Part shown: positions 33,314-42,685 of the stretch, one piece after another | How the letters are laid out: every line of letters starts with the position of its first letter | How positions within the stretch are numbered: the first letter of the stretch is position 1 | Assembly (NCBI GenBank): GCA_963823665.1 | Contig: CAWGMQ010000003.1 | Coordinates: 160,001 to 224,000 of the forward strand | Length of the DNA stretch: 64,000 nucleotides | Direction of reading: 5' to 3' | From: an uncultured Planctomycetota bacterium | GTDB lineage: Bacteria > Planctomycetota > Planctomycetia > Isosphaerales > Isosphaeraceae | The notes under the pieces: model-generated | Databases searched by the model: none | Told to the model about the DNA's origin: nothing | The model's input: the letters and a program-made list of their open reading frames with translations, nothing else | Translations under genes and position numbers: made by a program

Positions 33314-33926
33314 GTTTCCCTCCAACGGTTGTGTGACATGGCGTCTCCTTCCCTCCACCGGGTCCCTCGGAGTGGTTCCCCGGCTTCAACGGTACTACGA
33401 GACGCTCCGACTCCCATCCGCCCCTTTCGCCGCACTTCGTTGCCTTCGTGTGGCGATACCACCCTTGCGTCCTGTTCGCTCCCAGCGACCCGACGCGGGG
33501 TCGTGGGCCGGGGAGTTGGTATTCCGGATCCCGAGCCGGAAATGTCAGTGGAGACGGATGGGGCTCTCAGGTTCCCGAGCAACCCTCGCGTCCCTGCGCC
33601 ATGTTCTTGGACCCCGGCAGGACCGAACACGCCAGGCCATTGCGGCGTGTCGACACGGCCCCCGCTTGTGTCTACAACGGAGGCTCCCACGATGAGTATT
33701 TCGGGGCTCGATAGCATGGCATGGAGACTCGCTGTCTACGCTTCGCAGTGAGGGTCACCCCTCCCCACGCAAGACTTGCTTCCGGCTGCCGGCCAGGCTC
33801 TGCCGGGCGGGATTCGTTAACCCGCAGGGTCGCGATGAAAGGTTTCTGTGTTTCGAGGCACTTCCTCCTTTCTCGAGCTTTTCCTGACGCAAAGACACCC
33901 ATCGTCTGCGGAGCGTCGGGGATGTT

Positions 33927-34658
33927 GCCGGGTCGCCCTGGCGGATCGCTCCGCCAGGGCTCCCACTGATCCGGACGTGCCCAATTAAGGCATCCGGCTC
34001 GTCATGTCGCGGCGTCGCTGTCCCTCACACGATCTGGTCGCCTCGCGGTGACGCGCTCTGAGGTCCAATGCCCTCGGCGTGGTTCCGGCTTCCAGTCCGC
34101 GACACGGTACCCCCTTCGCTCCACAGGGTCTGGGAGGGCCCATTCCCCCGCTTCACTGCTACTACGGAGCACTCCGACTCCCGTCCGCCCATTTCGCCGA
34201 ACTTCGTTGCCTTCGTTTGGCGATACCACCCTTGCGTCCTGTTCGCTCCCAGCGACCCGACGCGGGGTCGTGGGCCGGGGAGTTGGTATTCCGGTTCCCG
34301 AGCCGGAAATGTCAGCGGAGACGGATGGGGCTCTCAGGTTCCCGAGCAACCCTCGCGTCCCTGCGCCATGTTCTTGGACCCCGGCAGGACCGAACACGCC
34401 AGGCCATTGCGGCGTGTCGACGCGGCCCCCGCTTGTGTCTACAACGGAGGCTCCCACGATGAGTATTTCGGGGCTCGATAGCATGGCATGTGGACTCGCT
34501 GTCTACGCTTCGCAGTGAGGGTCACCCCTCCCCACGCAAGACTTGCTTCCGGCTGCCGGCCAGGCTCTGCCGGGCGGGATTCGTTAACCCGCAGGGTTGC
34601 GATGAAAGGTTTCTGTGTTTCGAGGCACTTCCTCCTTTCTCGAGCTTTCCTGACGCAA
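33927..34658 (-). mobile_element. ORF-less group II intron A, 732 nt
   Basis: Same GGGTGTCT|TTGCGTCAGG 5' junction as intron B. First ~500 nt are nearly identical to intron B, including EBS1 (34435-34440). Short D4 without an ORF. D5 GAGCCGGATGCCTTAATTGGGCACGTCCGGATC and intact D6. Confidence 0.87.
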
Positions 34659-34845
34659 AGACACCCACCGTCTGCGGAGCGTCGGGATGTCAGACACCCA
34701 CCGTCTGCGGAGCGTCGGCCACTCGCCTTCTGCGTGCTGGAAATGACCGGAGGCCGTGGTTTTGCGCCGAACGTGCGAGCCGCGAATGAATGGAATGCGG
34801 GGGACCGTAACAAAAGGATGGGTGTCTGGAACCTCTGGAACCTCT
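34659..34845. repeat. ~150-bp element with inverted AGACACCCA/TGGGTGTCT ends, plus a tandem 33-bp end unit; copy 1 (intron host)
   Basis: Units at 33893-33926, 34659-34691 and 34692-34718. The body matches 44465-44635. Confidence 0.85.
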
Positions 34846-35049
34846 TGAGATCGGGTCCCACTCCTAGCTCCTCGGCCGGGTCGGCCCGCAGCCATTTACA
34901 CCGTAATAATTGGGCCGCAACCGATGTCAGCCCTCACTTCTCCGGCTGTAATAGCCGCCCGGCCAGGAGTGCCTCGGCCTCTTTTAAGAGACTTTGTGCT
35001 TCTTGATCTCGCGCCGATTGCGGCTTCTGCATCGTCTCGCTCAACTGAT

Positions 35050-36955
35050 TCAGGCTCGCCTGCGCCCGGTCCTTCTCACCCATCTGGTACCGGGCCATCG
35101 CCCGAAAGGCCAGGTCCGCGGGAGCGTGAGCCCCTTGAGCCGCCTGGTTGAGTTCGTCCGCGCCGTCAGCGTGGCCAGGGCCTCCTGGTAGCTCCCCAGG
35201 CGGTACTGGGCCATCCCCAGAGTGGTGTGGTAGGAACCCTCGAACGGAATAAGGCGGCAGGCGATTTCCGCCTGCTGAATCGCCCGTCGGTACGCGGCGG
35301 CTCCAGCGCCCGGCCGAGAGGCGACCGCCCGACTGGCCCGGTCAAGGTAGTGCGGGGATTCCCCGAATCGCTGCGCCAGGGCCAAGGCCTCTTGCCGTAC
35401 AGATTCGCTAAGGACAGGATCGGCGCGGAGGTGTGCGAGGATCTCAGACCGGAACAGAGCCTTGTAGATGAGAGACTTCACCGCTTTCTCGGCCTCCTGA
35501 CGGACGCGGTTTCGCCAAAACGGCTCGACCAGGGCAAGAGCTTGCTGCCGCACGGCGTCGCTGACCGCGTAGTCTCTGAGCCGGGCCGACATCGCCTCCG
35601 GGGCCGGCGATTGGGCGAACAGGTACCTGACCAGGCTTGCCGCCTGCCGCTGTTCGGCAAGTTCCGCGTCCAGGGGGGACCCTTCCCAGATCGTCACGCC
35701 CTCGTCTCCGCTGACCGCGAGGCGCCGGCCACCGCGATCGAACGCCACACGGTGGAACTGGGCCGGCGCCCGCGCAGGGTAAGGATTTCCTGTCCGGTGA
35801 GGGAGTCCCAGAGCTTCACTTCACCGGAGAGATGCCCTCCCTTGCTCACCCCGCCCGCGGCGGTGACAAGCCGCCGGCCGTCAGGACTAAATGCCACCCC
35901 AGTCACGGCGCTCGTATGTCCGCGGAGAGTAAGGAAGGTCTCTCCGGTGACCGCGTCCCAGACCTTGACCGACCCGTCCAGACTCGCGGCGGCGAGCCGC
36001 GAGCCGTCGGAACTGTACGCCATGCGTGTGACAGATCCCTCGAGGCTGGGCAGCGTGAGGATCTCCTGTCCCGTGGCCGGGTTCCAGACACGCACGGTCC
36101 CGCCCGCACTCGTGGCCAGGCGCTCACGGCCGGGGCGAAAGGTCACGTGGGCGAGCCCGGCGTCTCTGCCAGGCCCGGTTCGCCCCGGAAGTGTCATGAC
36201 CGTCTGCCCCGTGCTCATGTCCCAAATCACGACCTCGCCGGGAACGAGCCGTCCTCCCCTCGCCACCTCGCGGCTAATGGAAGCGAGCCGCTGACCGTCG
36301 GGGCTAAAGGCCACAGCGCGAACAGAAGCGGTGTGTCCGCGTAAACAGAAGATTTCGACGCCAATCGTCGCATCCCAGACACGTACAGTCCGATCCGCTC
36401 CGGCGGAAGCGATCCGCCGGCCGTCGGGACTGAACGCCAGTCCCAGAACGGTACGGCAATGCCCCGTCAGTCTGAAGACCTCCAGCCCCGTGGTTGTATC
36501 CAGGATACAAACAGTGTTATCCGTGCCGGCCACGGCCAACTTCCGGCCGTCCGGGTCAAACGTCATATCGTTTATGGTGCCGACGGCCGAGCTCAAAGTG
36601 ACGGAATCCATAGCCGCCGTCACATCCCAGAACTTCACGGTGCCGTCCCCACTCCCTGAGGCCAAGCGCCAACCGTCGGGGCTAAACGCCACGCTCGCGA
36701 CAACGTCCTTGTGGCCGCGCAGAACGGCGGCTTCTTGCCCAGTGGTCACGTCCCAGACCGTCACGGTATCGTTCCCACCCGCAGCCGCGAGTCGTCGGCC
36801 GTCCGGGCTAAACGCCAGACCCAGAACTCCATCCACCTTTTGAAACGCCTGGGTTTCTCTCCCAGTGTCCGCGTCCCAGACCTTCACCACCCCATCGTTG
36901 CTGCCCGAAGCGAGTCGGTGGCCGTCGGGGCTAAACGCCACGCTGTTGACCAAGG
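35050..36955 (-). pseudogene. WD40-repeat plus TPR protein, C-terminal fragment (5' part missing; internal frameshifts)
   Basis: Multiple VxxVAFSPDGxRLAS...VKVWD repeats, then YHTTLGMAQYRLG. The repeats begin abruptly next to AGACACCC at 36964. Confidence 0.85.
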
Positions 36956-37328
36956 GGGTTTCCAGACACCCACGCACAGCCCTGAAATCGCAACATGTCG
37001 AGCACAACCATGCCGATGCCGTTACATGCACACCAAGTTGCTTCAAACCCCGAGAGGTGCGGTGCGGGCGTCTAACCGTTACTCCGAATTCCGAGAAACG
37101 AGGCCGACTCTGACCACAATTCTGTTGCGAGGGAGGATTTGCACGCCTCGTTTGACGCGGCCCACATGCGGCTGGTGCTGGTCAATGTGCCCCGGAATCC
37201 TGGTGATCTCGCACCTGTTCATCCAGGCCTGGGGGGAGAAAGCCTTGTGTCGGCCTGGGCTGGGGGTCTAAAATCCGAAATGAGCTTCGCGACGAAGAGT
37301 TCTAACTCATTCGAGGAGTGATTCGGAG

Positions 37329-38057
37329 ATGCCGTTGCTCGATCATTTTCATGCCCCTCTTCACCCGCAACGGCACTGGGAGGCGTTTCACTCGCGTTGG
37401 GCCAGCGCAATTGCCGACGCGCTGAACGCGGATCTCTTGCCGCCGGATTATTTCGCCGAGCCTGAAACACACGCCACCGGCCGGGTAGAAATCGACGTAG
37501 CGACGTTCGAAGCGCCCGGCGAGGAGGGGGCCGGCGGAGGGCTGGCCACGGCGACGCTCCCGACGCGCGTCTGGAGCGCTCCGCCAGCGGCCCTCTCGAT
37601 GCCCTGCGTATTTTCAGGGGCGTTTCGCGTGCGGGTGTTCCGCAACGAAGGCGGCGCGGTTCTCGTCGGCGCGATCGAGCTCGCCAGCCCGGGCAACAAA
37701 GACCGCGCCGGAGAGCGGCGCGCATTTGCGGCCAAGTGCGCGAACTATCTCTATGAAGGCGTGAGCCTGGTTGTTCTGGACGTCGTTACCAACCGCCATG
37801 GAAACCTGCACAATCAGGTTGTCGACTTGATGCAGTGCGACTCAACCTTTCACTTCGGCCGTGAGGAATCGCTCTATGCCGTCGGGTATCGGCCGGTCCG
37901 CCGCGAGTCGGCCGACGTCGTCGATGTGTGGCCGACGGAGCTTTTTCTGGGGCAACCTCTGCCGACGCTCCCGCTTTATCTGAGTGGCGATGTCTGCGTG
38001 CCGATCGAGCTCGAGGCGACGTACAACGACGCCAGCCGTCGGCTGCGTCTGACTTAG
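37329..38057 (+). CDS. DUF4058-family protein
   Basis: MPLLDHFHAPL..RHWEAFHSRWASAI, AIELASPGNKD, GVSLVVLDVVT, PLPTLPL. Confidence 0.8.
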   Translation: MPLLDHFHAPLHPQRHWEAFHSRWASAIADALNADLLPPDYFAEPETHATGRVEIDVATFEAPGEEGAGGGLATATLPTRVWSAPPAALSMPCVFSGAFRVRVFRNEGGAVLVGAIELASPGNKDRAGERRAFAAKCANYLYEGVSLVVLDVVTNRHGNLHNQVVDLMQCDSTFHFGREESLYAVGYRPVRRESADVVDVWPTELFLGQPLPTLPLYLSGDVCVPIELEATYNDASRRLRLT

Positions 38058-38136
38058 AGTCTTTCAGATGGTCGTGGCAACGAATCGAGTTCACCTGGCT
38101 GGTTGAACAGGGAGCCCGCTCCAAGGAATCGGAAGG

Positions 38137-38300
38137 AAAGCCAGACACCCAAACTCTGGCGAGCTAGATGCCCGGTCTCTGGAGTGGGTTTTGTTAGAAG
38201 CCAGGCACTCGTAGCTCGCACCCATTCGCGTTCTGCGATCGATGGGTGACGCAAAGACACCCACTTTCCGCAGTGCCATCTGTGGGTGTCTGGCAACCCG
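38137..38300. repeat. ~160-bp direct repeat copy 1, ending in an AGACACCCAC/GTGGGTGTCT hairpin
   Basis: Near-identical to 40497-40676. Partial third copy at 42231-42262. Confidence 0.9.
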
Positions 38301-38339
38301 GAGTTGGTAAGCCGGTGCTCCAGCCGGCCGTCACGATGG

Positions 38340-38455
38340 ATTTGGGCCGAGCCGATCGTGAGAGCGAGCTTCCAAGTCGACCAGCTGAGCTCGAAGGCCA
38401 GATAGAGAATAGGTCCGTTCGCCCTGGTAGACTGTGCGGTGTGAGTCGCTGACAC
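38340..38455 (-). pseudogene. IS110-family transposase N-terminal fragment
   Basis: ILYLAFELSWSTWKLALTIG matches the first strand of the DEDD domain in one IS110 subgroup, then breaks off. Confidence 0.6.
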
Positions 38456-38577
38456 GGTGGAGCTCCGTGTTTTAGATTTGAATATGCACATATGGAGCTT
38501 ACCTCCAGCGACTCACGAATCCACACAACCCACCTGTATAGGGTCTGACACCTTTGATCCCTGCGGAGTTTCAACCC

Positions 38578-40266
38578 ATGGGCAATAGAGACACCGCGGA
38601 ACCGAAGGGACGCGATCCCGGAAATGCGGCAGTTCCGCCGCACTCCAGGATCGTGACCTGGTCAGGCAAGCCCGCGGCCAGATGGGCCGCGGTGGGGTTG
38701 GTCTGCGTGATCCTCGCGCTTCCCGCATGGATGCTCAGGGATCATCTCCGCGATTTCATCCTGCTCGTCGACGACTTCGACTACCTCGGCGACGCAAGGG
38801 ACTGGCCGACGACCTGGGCGCATCTGTTCGAGCCGCACAACCTGCATGTCGTCCCGATCTTCCGGCTCTGGACATACGCAGCGATGACACTGGCCGGTCG
38901 GCTGCAGGGCCTGCCCACGGTACTGGCAGTCGCTTCGTATCTATCGTTGGTCGCCGCGATGGTCAGTCTGGGCTATCTCGTGGTGCGAGATACGCGGCAG
39001 CCGGTAGCAGCCCTGGGGGCAATGGCTGCGCTCGGGATATCAACCGTGAGTAATATTACTGTGATCTGGTACTCAGCCACTCAGACTCTGTGGGCGGGTG
39101 CTGCGTGCGTCGTGACGGTCGCGCTGGCGCGAGGCTGGGGCACGAAGGGCGGAGCTGTCAGACTCGCCGCGGTCGCACTCGGCGCGGCCGCAGCTCCAGC
39201 CATCTGGTCGGGCGGGCTTGCCGCCGGGCCGGCGGCGATCGCGTACCTCCTCGTGAGCAAAACACCGCGCCGTCGCTGGCCAGCCCTGCTGCTTCTGGCC
39301 GGTATCACGATGGCGGGCGCCTTGCTGATCACCGCGTCCCCCCGACGACACCTCCGGATCACTGCGAACTTCTGGGAGCAACATCCGGACCTCTGGCCAC
39401 GCCCTGTACAGGCCGTCCTGCACACGGCGCAGGCACTGGTTGAGGCATGTTTCTTCGCCAACCTCGGCGTGGATGCCACCACGACGCCATGGCAGGCCAT
39501 CGCGCTCCTCGTCGCCCTGGCCGCGGTGCACTCCTGGTCCCGGGGCGGACCGGGTCGGATCAGCCCGCTGGAGGCAGCGGGCGCTACGATCGCTGTTGCC
39601 TGCTGCCTGATGGAGTACACTTCGCGCGGGGACACGCCGTATAGCAATCTGCGGCCGGCGGTCTGGTATCACGCAATCCCCCAGGTCGGCGCTGTCCTGT
39701 TCCTTGCGGGTTGGTGGGCCGCGCTACGGGCCGACGGATTTGGGCGGTTCACCCGGGGTCAAGTCACCGGTGTCCTCAGCTTCGTCGTGGTCTTCTCCGC
39801 GATCCATGCGCCGCGCGCGCAGCTTCAGATCATCACCTTAGCGCCTCCTTTTGCCCCGAACGAAGCGGCGGCCTTCCCGACGTCCGAGCTCCGCCTGACC
39901 AGGGCCCTCTACTACAAGGACGAGGTCCATCGGCGGCAGGTCCGCGCGCTCGCGCGCCTGGACCGAGTCGACCGCATCCTCGCCCGTGCGGGCGCCAGCC
40001 CGGAGCTGCTGCGCGACGTCTTTGGTCGGGTGCTGATCCCGGGGATTGCCGAAAAGCAGTATGGTATCGATGCTTTCACCCTGCTGGTCCGGCGGCCAGG
40101 AAACGATAGCCTTCGCGATGCCTTGTCGCCCGCTCGCTCCGAGATCATGGACTTGCTGCAACCCGAGCCCGAGCCGGTGCCTTTCTGGCTGGATCCGGAT
40201 GACCCGCTGGCGCGGGCCGTCCGCGACGTCTCCAAGCAGCCCGCCGAGAAGCCGAGGTCGCGATGA
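38578..40266 (+). CDS. polytopic membrane protein, possibly GT-C glycosyltransferase-like
   Basis: About 10 TM segments. DDFDYL and PHNLHVVPIFRL follow the first TM. Confidence 0.65.
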   Translation: MGNRDTAEPKGRDPGNAAVPPHSRIVTWSGKPAARWAAVGLVCVILALPAWMLRDHLRDFILLVDDFDYLGDARDWPTTWAHLFEPHNLHVVPIFRLWTYAAMTLAGRLQGLPTVLAVASYLSLVAAMVSLGYLVVRDTRQPVAALGAMAALGISTVSNITVIWYSATQTLWAGAACVVTVALARGWGTKGGAVRLAAVALGAAAAPAIWSGGLAAGPAAIAYLLVSKTPRRRWPALLLLAGITMAGALLITASPRRHLRITANFWEQHPDLWPRPVQAVLHTAQALVEACFFANLGVDATTTPWQAIALLVALAAVHSWSRGGPGRISPLEAAGATIAVACCLMEYTSRGDTPYSNLRPAVWYHAIPQVGAVLFLAGWWAALRADGFGRFTRGQVTGVLSFVVVFSAIHAPRAQLQIITLAPPFAPNEAAAFPTSELRLTRALYYKDEVHRRQVRALARLDRVDRILARAGASPELLRDVFGRVLIPGIAEKQYGIDAFTLLVRRPGNDSLRDALSPARSEIMDLLQPEPEPVPFWLDPDDPLARAVRDVSKQPAEKPRSR

Positions 40267-40398
40267 CCGGGCGAGCCGATTGCCAGTTGACAAACTAGAA
40301 ACTAGACAACTAACTAAGGAAGAAAGGACATGCATTGCATTCTTGACGCGACTCGGCAATTTAGGTGAGCTCCGGCGATCAACGAAGGGCCTGCACCC

Positions 40399-40497
40399 AT
40401 GACGATGCTCCGCGCCCATCTCGTCGATCCCGCCGTAACCCGCTGGTACCACTGCGTCACGCGCTGCGTGCGACGCGCGTTCTTGGTCAGCGAAGGG
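40399..40497 (+). pseudogene. REP-associated tyrosine (Y1/RAYT-like) transposase, N-terminal fragment
   Basis: RAHLVDPAVTRWYHCVTRCVRRAFL, then the 160-bp repeat. Confidence 0.75.
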
Positions 40498-40676
40498 AAG
40501 CCAGACACCCAGGGAAGCCAGCGGCCCAAACTCTGGCGAGCCAGATGCCCGGTCTCTGGAGTGGGTTTTGTTAGAAGCCAGGCACTCGTAACTCGCGCCC
40601 GTTCGCGTTCTGCGATCGATGGGTGACGCAAAGACACCCACTTTCCGCGGTGCCATCCGTGGGTGTCTGGCAACCT
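40497..40676. repeat. ~160-bp direct repeat copy 2
   Basis: Matches 38137-38300. Confidence 0.9.
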
Positions 40677-40689
40677 CGCAGCCAGGTCG

Positions 40690-41010
40690 TTACCACTTCG
40701 GTGAGATTGGCGGCAACCAATCGGGATCGTCAACTAGCGCCGAGTGCCCAATGCCAGAAATCAACAGTGCCGTCTCATCCGGAGTGTAACGGTAGAACAG
40801 GACGACGTGGTGAAGTGTTTTGCCAAGCCGGTGCTTGAAGCTGCTCATCATGCCGCCAGGCAGATAAGGAGGCGAAACCACTCGCTGGCCGAGAGTCGAA
40901 GGAGATTCCGCCAAGCGAAGCGCGTGGCCCAACACGGGACGTTGCAGCCAGTCCGGTAGAGCCTTCAGTTCCTTTTTTGCCTTCTCCGTAAATTCAAGCT
41001 CATACTTCAT
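40690..41010 (-). CDS. RelE/ParE-fold toxin-like protein
   Basis: MKYELEFTEKAKKELKALP...LRLAESP N-terminus. 106 aa. Overlaps the upstream gene. Confidence 0.6.
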   Translation of the reverse strand: MKYELEFTEKAKKELKALPDWLQRPVLGHALRLAESPSTLGQRVVSPPYLPGGMMSSFKHRLGKTLHHVVLFYRYTPDETALLISGIGHSALVDDPDWLPPISPKW

Positions 41011-41698
41011 GCTGATCGAGCGAGGCGACAACTTCGTCGAACGAGTGCAACCGGCCTGCGCGTTCGTCCTCCAGGGACTCTAAGATATCCGCTGGCTCAA
41101 GTCCGGGCATGAGGAATTGTTCGCCCGACATCTCGAAGATGCGCCCATCTTCCTCGACGCGAACGGGGCGAGGATTTGGGCGAAGGAATGCTATTACGTC
41201 CGCCCACTGCGCGGCGTTGCGTTCATCGTGAAAGAAGGGGTTGTTTCCCGCGAGTATTTGCTTCGCGTCGATGCAATGGCGCTTAAATTCATCCCCGCCC
41301 TCGACGGACGTCAGAGTCGCGTCAAAGTGGTCGATTTCATTAAGGCAACGTTGGCATGGAGCGGACCACCGGCGGTAAGATTCGAGCATCGACGCTTCTT
41401 CCTTGGGATCGTATAGCGTCTTTCCTTCGAGCACTTCGCGTCGCCAGTTCTGTTCTACCAGACGCATGGATTCGTACAACCAATTTCCGATCGCCAATAC
41501 ACCTTCGAGTCGACGGAGCTTCACCATTTCTTGCCGTTTTTCGGCCGAGCGCTTCCAATTCAAGATTCTTCGACTGAATGTCGCGTGGTCAACCGAAATC
41601 GGAGAATCCAGTTTGGCGGCATAATTCGGCATCTCGCCGACAAAGAATTCGCCGAGTCGGGACGGCGCGATGGATGGGAATAGCGCGGCGACTGACAT
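41000..41698 (-). CDS. hypothetical protein, putative enlarged antitoxin
   Basis: GGAGG RBS. C-terminus ILESLEDERAGRLHSFDEV is typical of RelB/ParD-like antitoxin tails. Confidence 0.55.
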   Translation of the reverse strand: MSVAALFPSIAPSRLGEFFVGEMPNYAAKLDSPISVDHATFSRRILNWKRSAEKRQEMVKLRRLEGVLAIGNWLYESMRLVEQNWRREVLEGKTLYDPKEEASMLESYRRWSAPCQRCLNEIDHFDATLTSVEGGDEFKRHCIDAKQILAGNNPFFHDERNAAQWADVIAFLRPNPRPVRVEEDGRIFEMSGEQFLMPGLEPADILESLEDERAGRLHSFDEVVASLDQHEV

Positions 41699-42685
41699 GA
41701 CATCCTCCGACGAAACGGGGCGGTGGCGCTTTAGCGCGGGTCAGGGGTCGTTGTCGATCCCTTAACGCTTGATTCGGTTGCTTCGGTGGTCGAATGGTAC
41801 CGGGCATTCGAGCCGGTGTTGGCCAATCGCACTGCCTTCAAGATTGCAGCGCACTGACAGGGTCTTGACTTTGTCTTGACCGTGTCGTTACCGGGAATGT
41901 ACCACAATGTGTAACATTGTGCCACACTATAAGTGTATTGCATATATGGCCCAAGGTAAGCGTGATGCGCTGTGTAACTGATATAGGAGACTGCGTCCCT
42001 ACTCAGGATTTCTTCCGCTTGAGGTTGGCTGTGAACTCGCCTCGGGCGTTCTCCAGCTCATTGGCTGCGCTGGTGGCAACGCTCTTGAACCGGAGGTATT
42101 CCGAGAGCCCGTACAGACACACCGACACCAACACCGCCGAACCAATGGCGGTCGCAAAGATTGTCGCCCGCGACCATCTCGAACGGAGGCGATAAAAGTG
42201 GTCTCTGTAAGGGCTTGTTGGTGCGGGGTCTGCAGTGTCATCTGTGGGTGTCTGGCAACTCCGGAAGCGACAGCTTCCCCTCCCTGTTCAGCACGGATCG
42301 TCACGTTATCGGCGGTGCGTGGGGGAACCCAGCGAACCCACACATCCACTCTCCGGACTCGGTTCCGGAAAAGCCAGGCACACGTGACTCGGAGAGGAGC
42401 CCGAGAGGAGCCAGGCACCATTCTCCAAACTGAGTCAGGGAAAAGCCAGGCACAGGTGACTCGCACCAGTTTGCGCCCCGCGATTGCCGGTTGCCTCGCA
42501 GACGACGCCGCGCTAGAAGGGGCGGGCTTGTGCAGCACATTAGCGCCAGTATCCACAAGAACGCTGCGTCATTTACCGCGCGCAGTCACAGAATCGCCCG
42601 GCCAGCCCTCGTGCGAAATCCGTCGCAGCGCCGTAGGATGTGACGAGCAATCCTGGGCACTCCCCACCTGAATCAGGAAAGCGTC

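Larger units (their letters stand above)
29461..33892 (-). mobile_element. group II intron B (class E-like), interrupted in domain 6 by intron C
   Basis: 5' exon GGGTGTCT|TTGCGTCAGG. EBS1 AGACAC (33668-33673) is complementary to IBS1 GTGTCT. D5 is GAGCCGGGTGCCTGAATTGGGCAAGCCCGGATC (~31922-31954). The rest of D6 lies at 29461-29493, followed by 3' exon GACATCCCC. Confidence 0.87.

Noticed and set aside
33262..34518. Duplicated 150-200 aa ORFs on both strands
   Set aside because: They are translations of the structured intron RNA.
33390..34658. RT plus a ~500-bp near-identical duplication as a diversity-generating retroelement (TR/VR)
   Set aside because: The duplicated DNA is intron ribozyme sequence with EBS1, the differences are not adenine-specific, and the RTs have YADD and maturase domains next to D5/D6.
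33893..34718. 33-34 bp repeats as a CRISPR array
   Set aside because: Units are directly tandem or separated by whole introns. There are no unique ~35-nt spacers and no cas genes.
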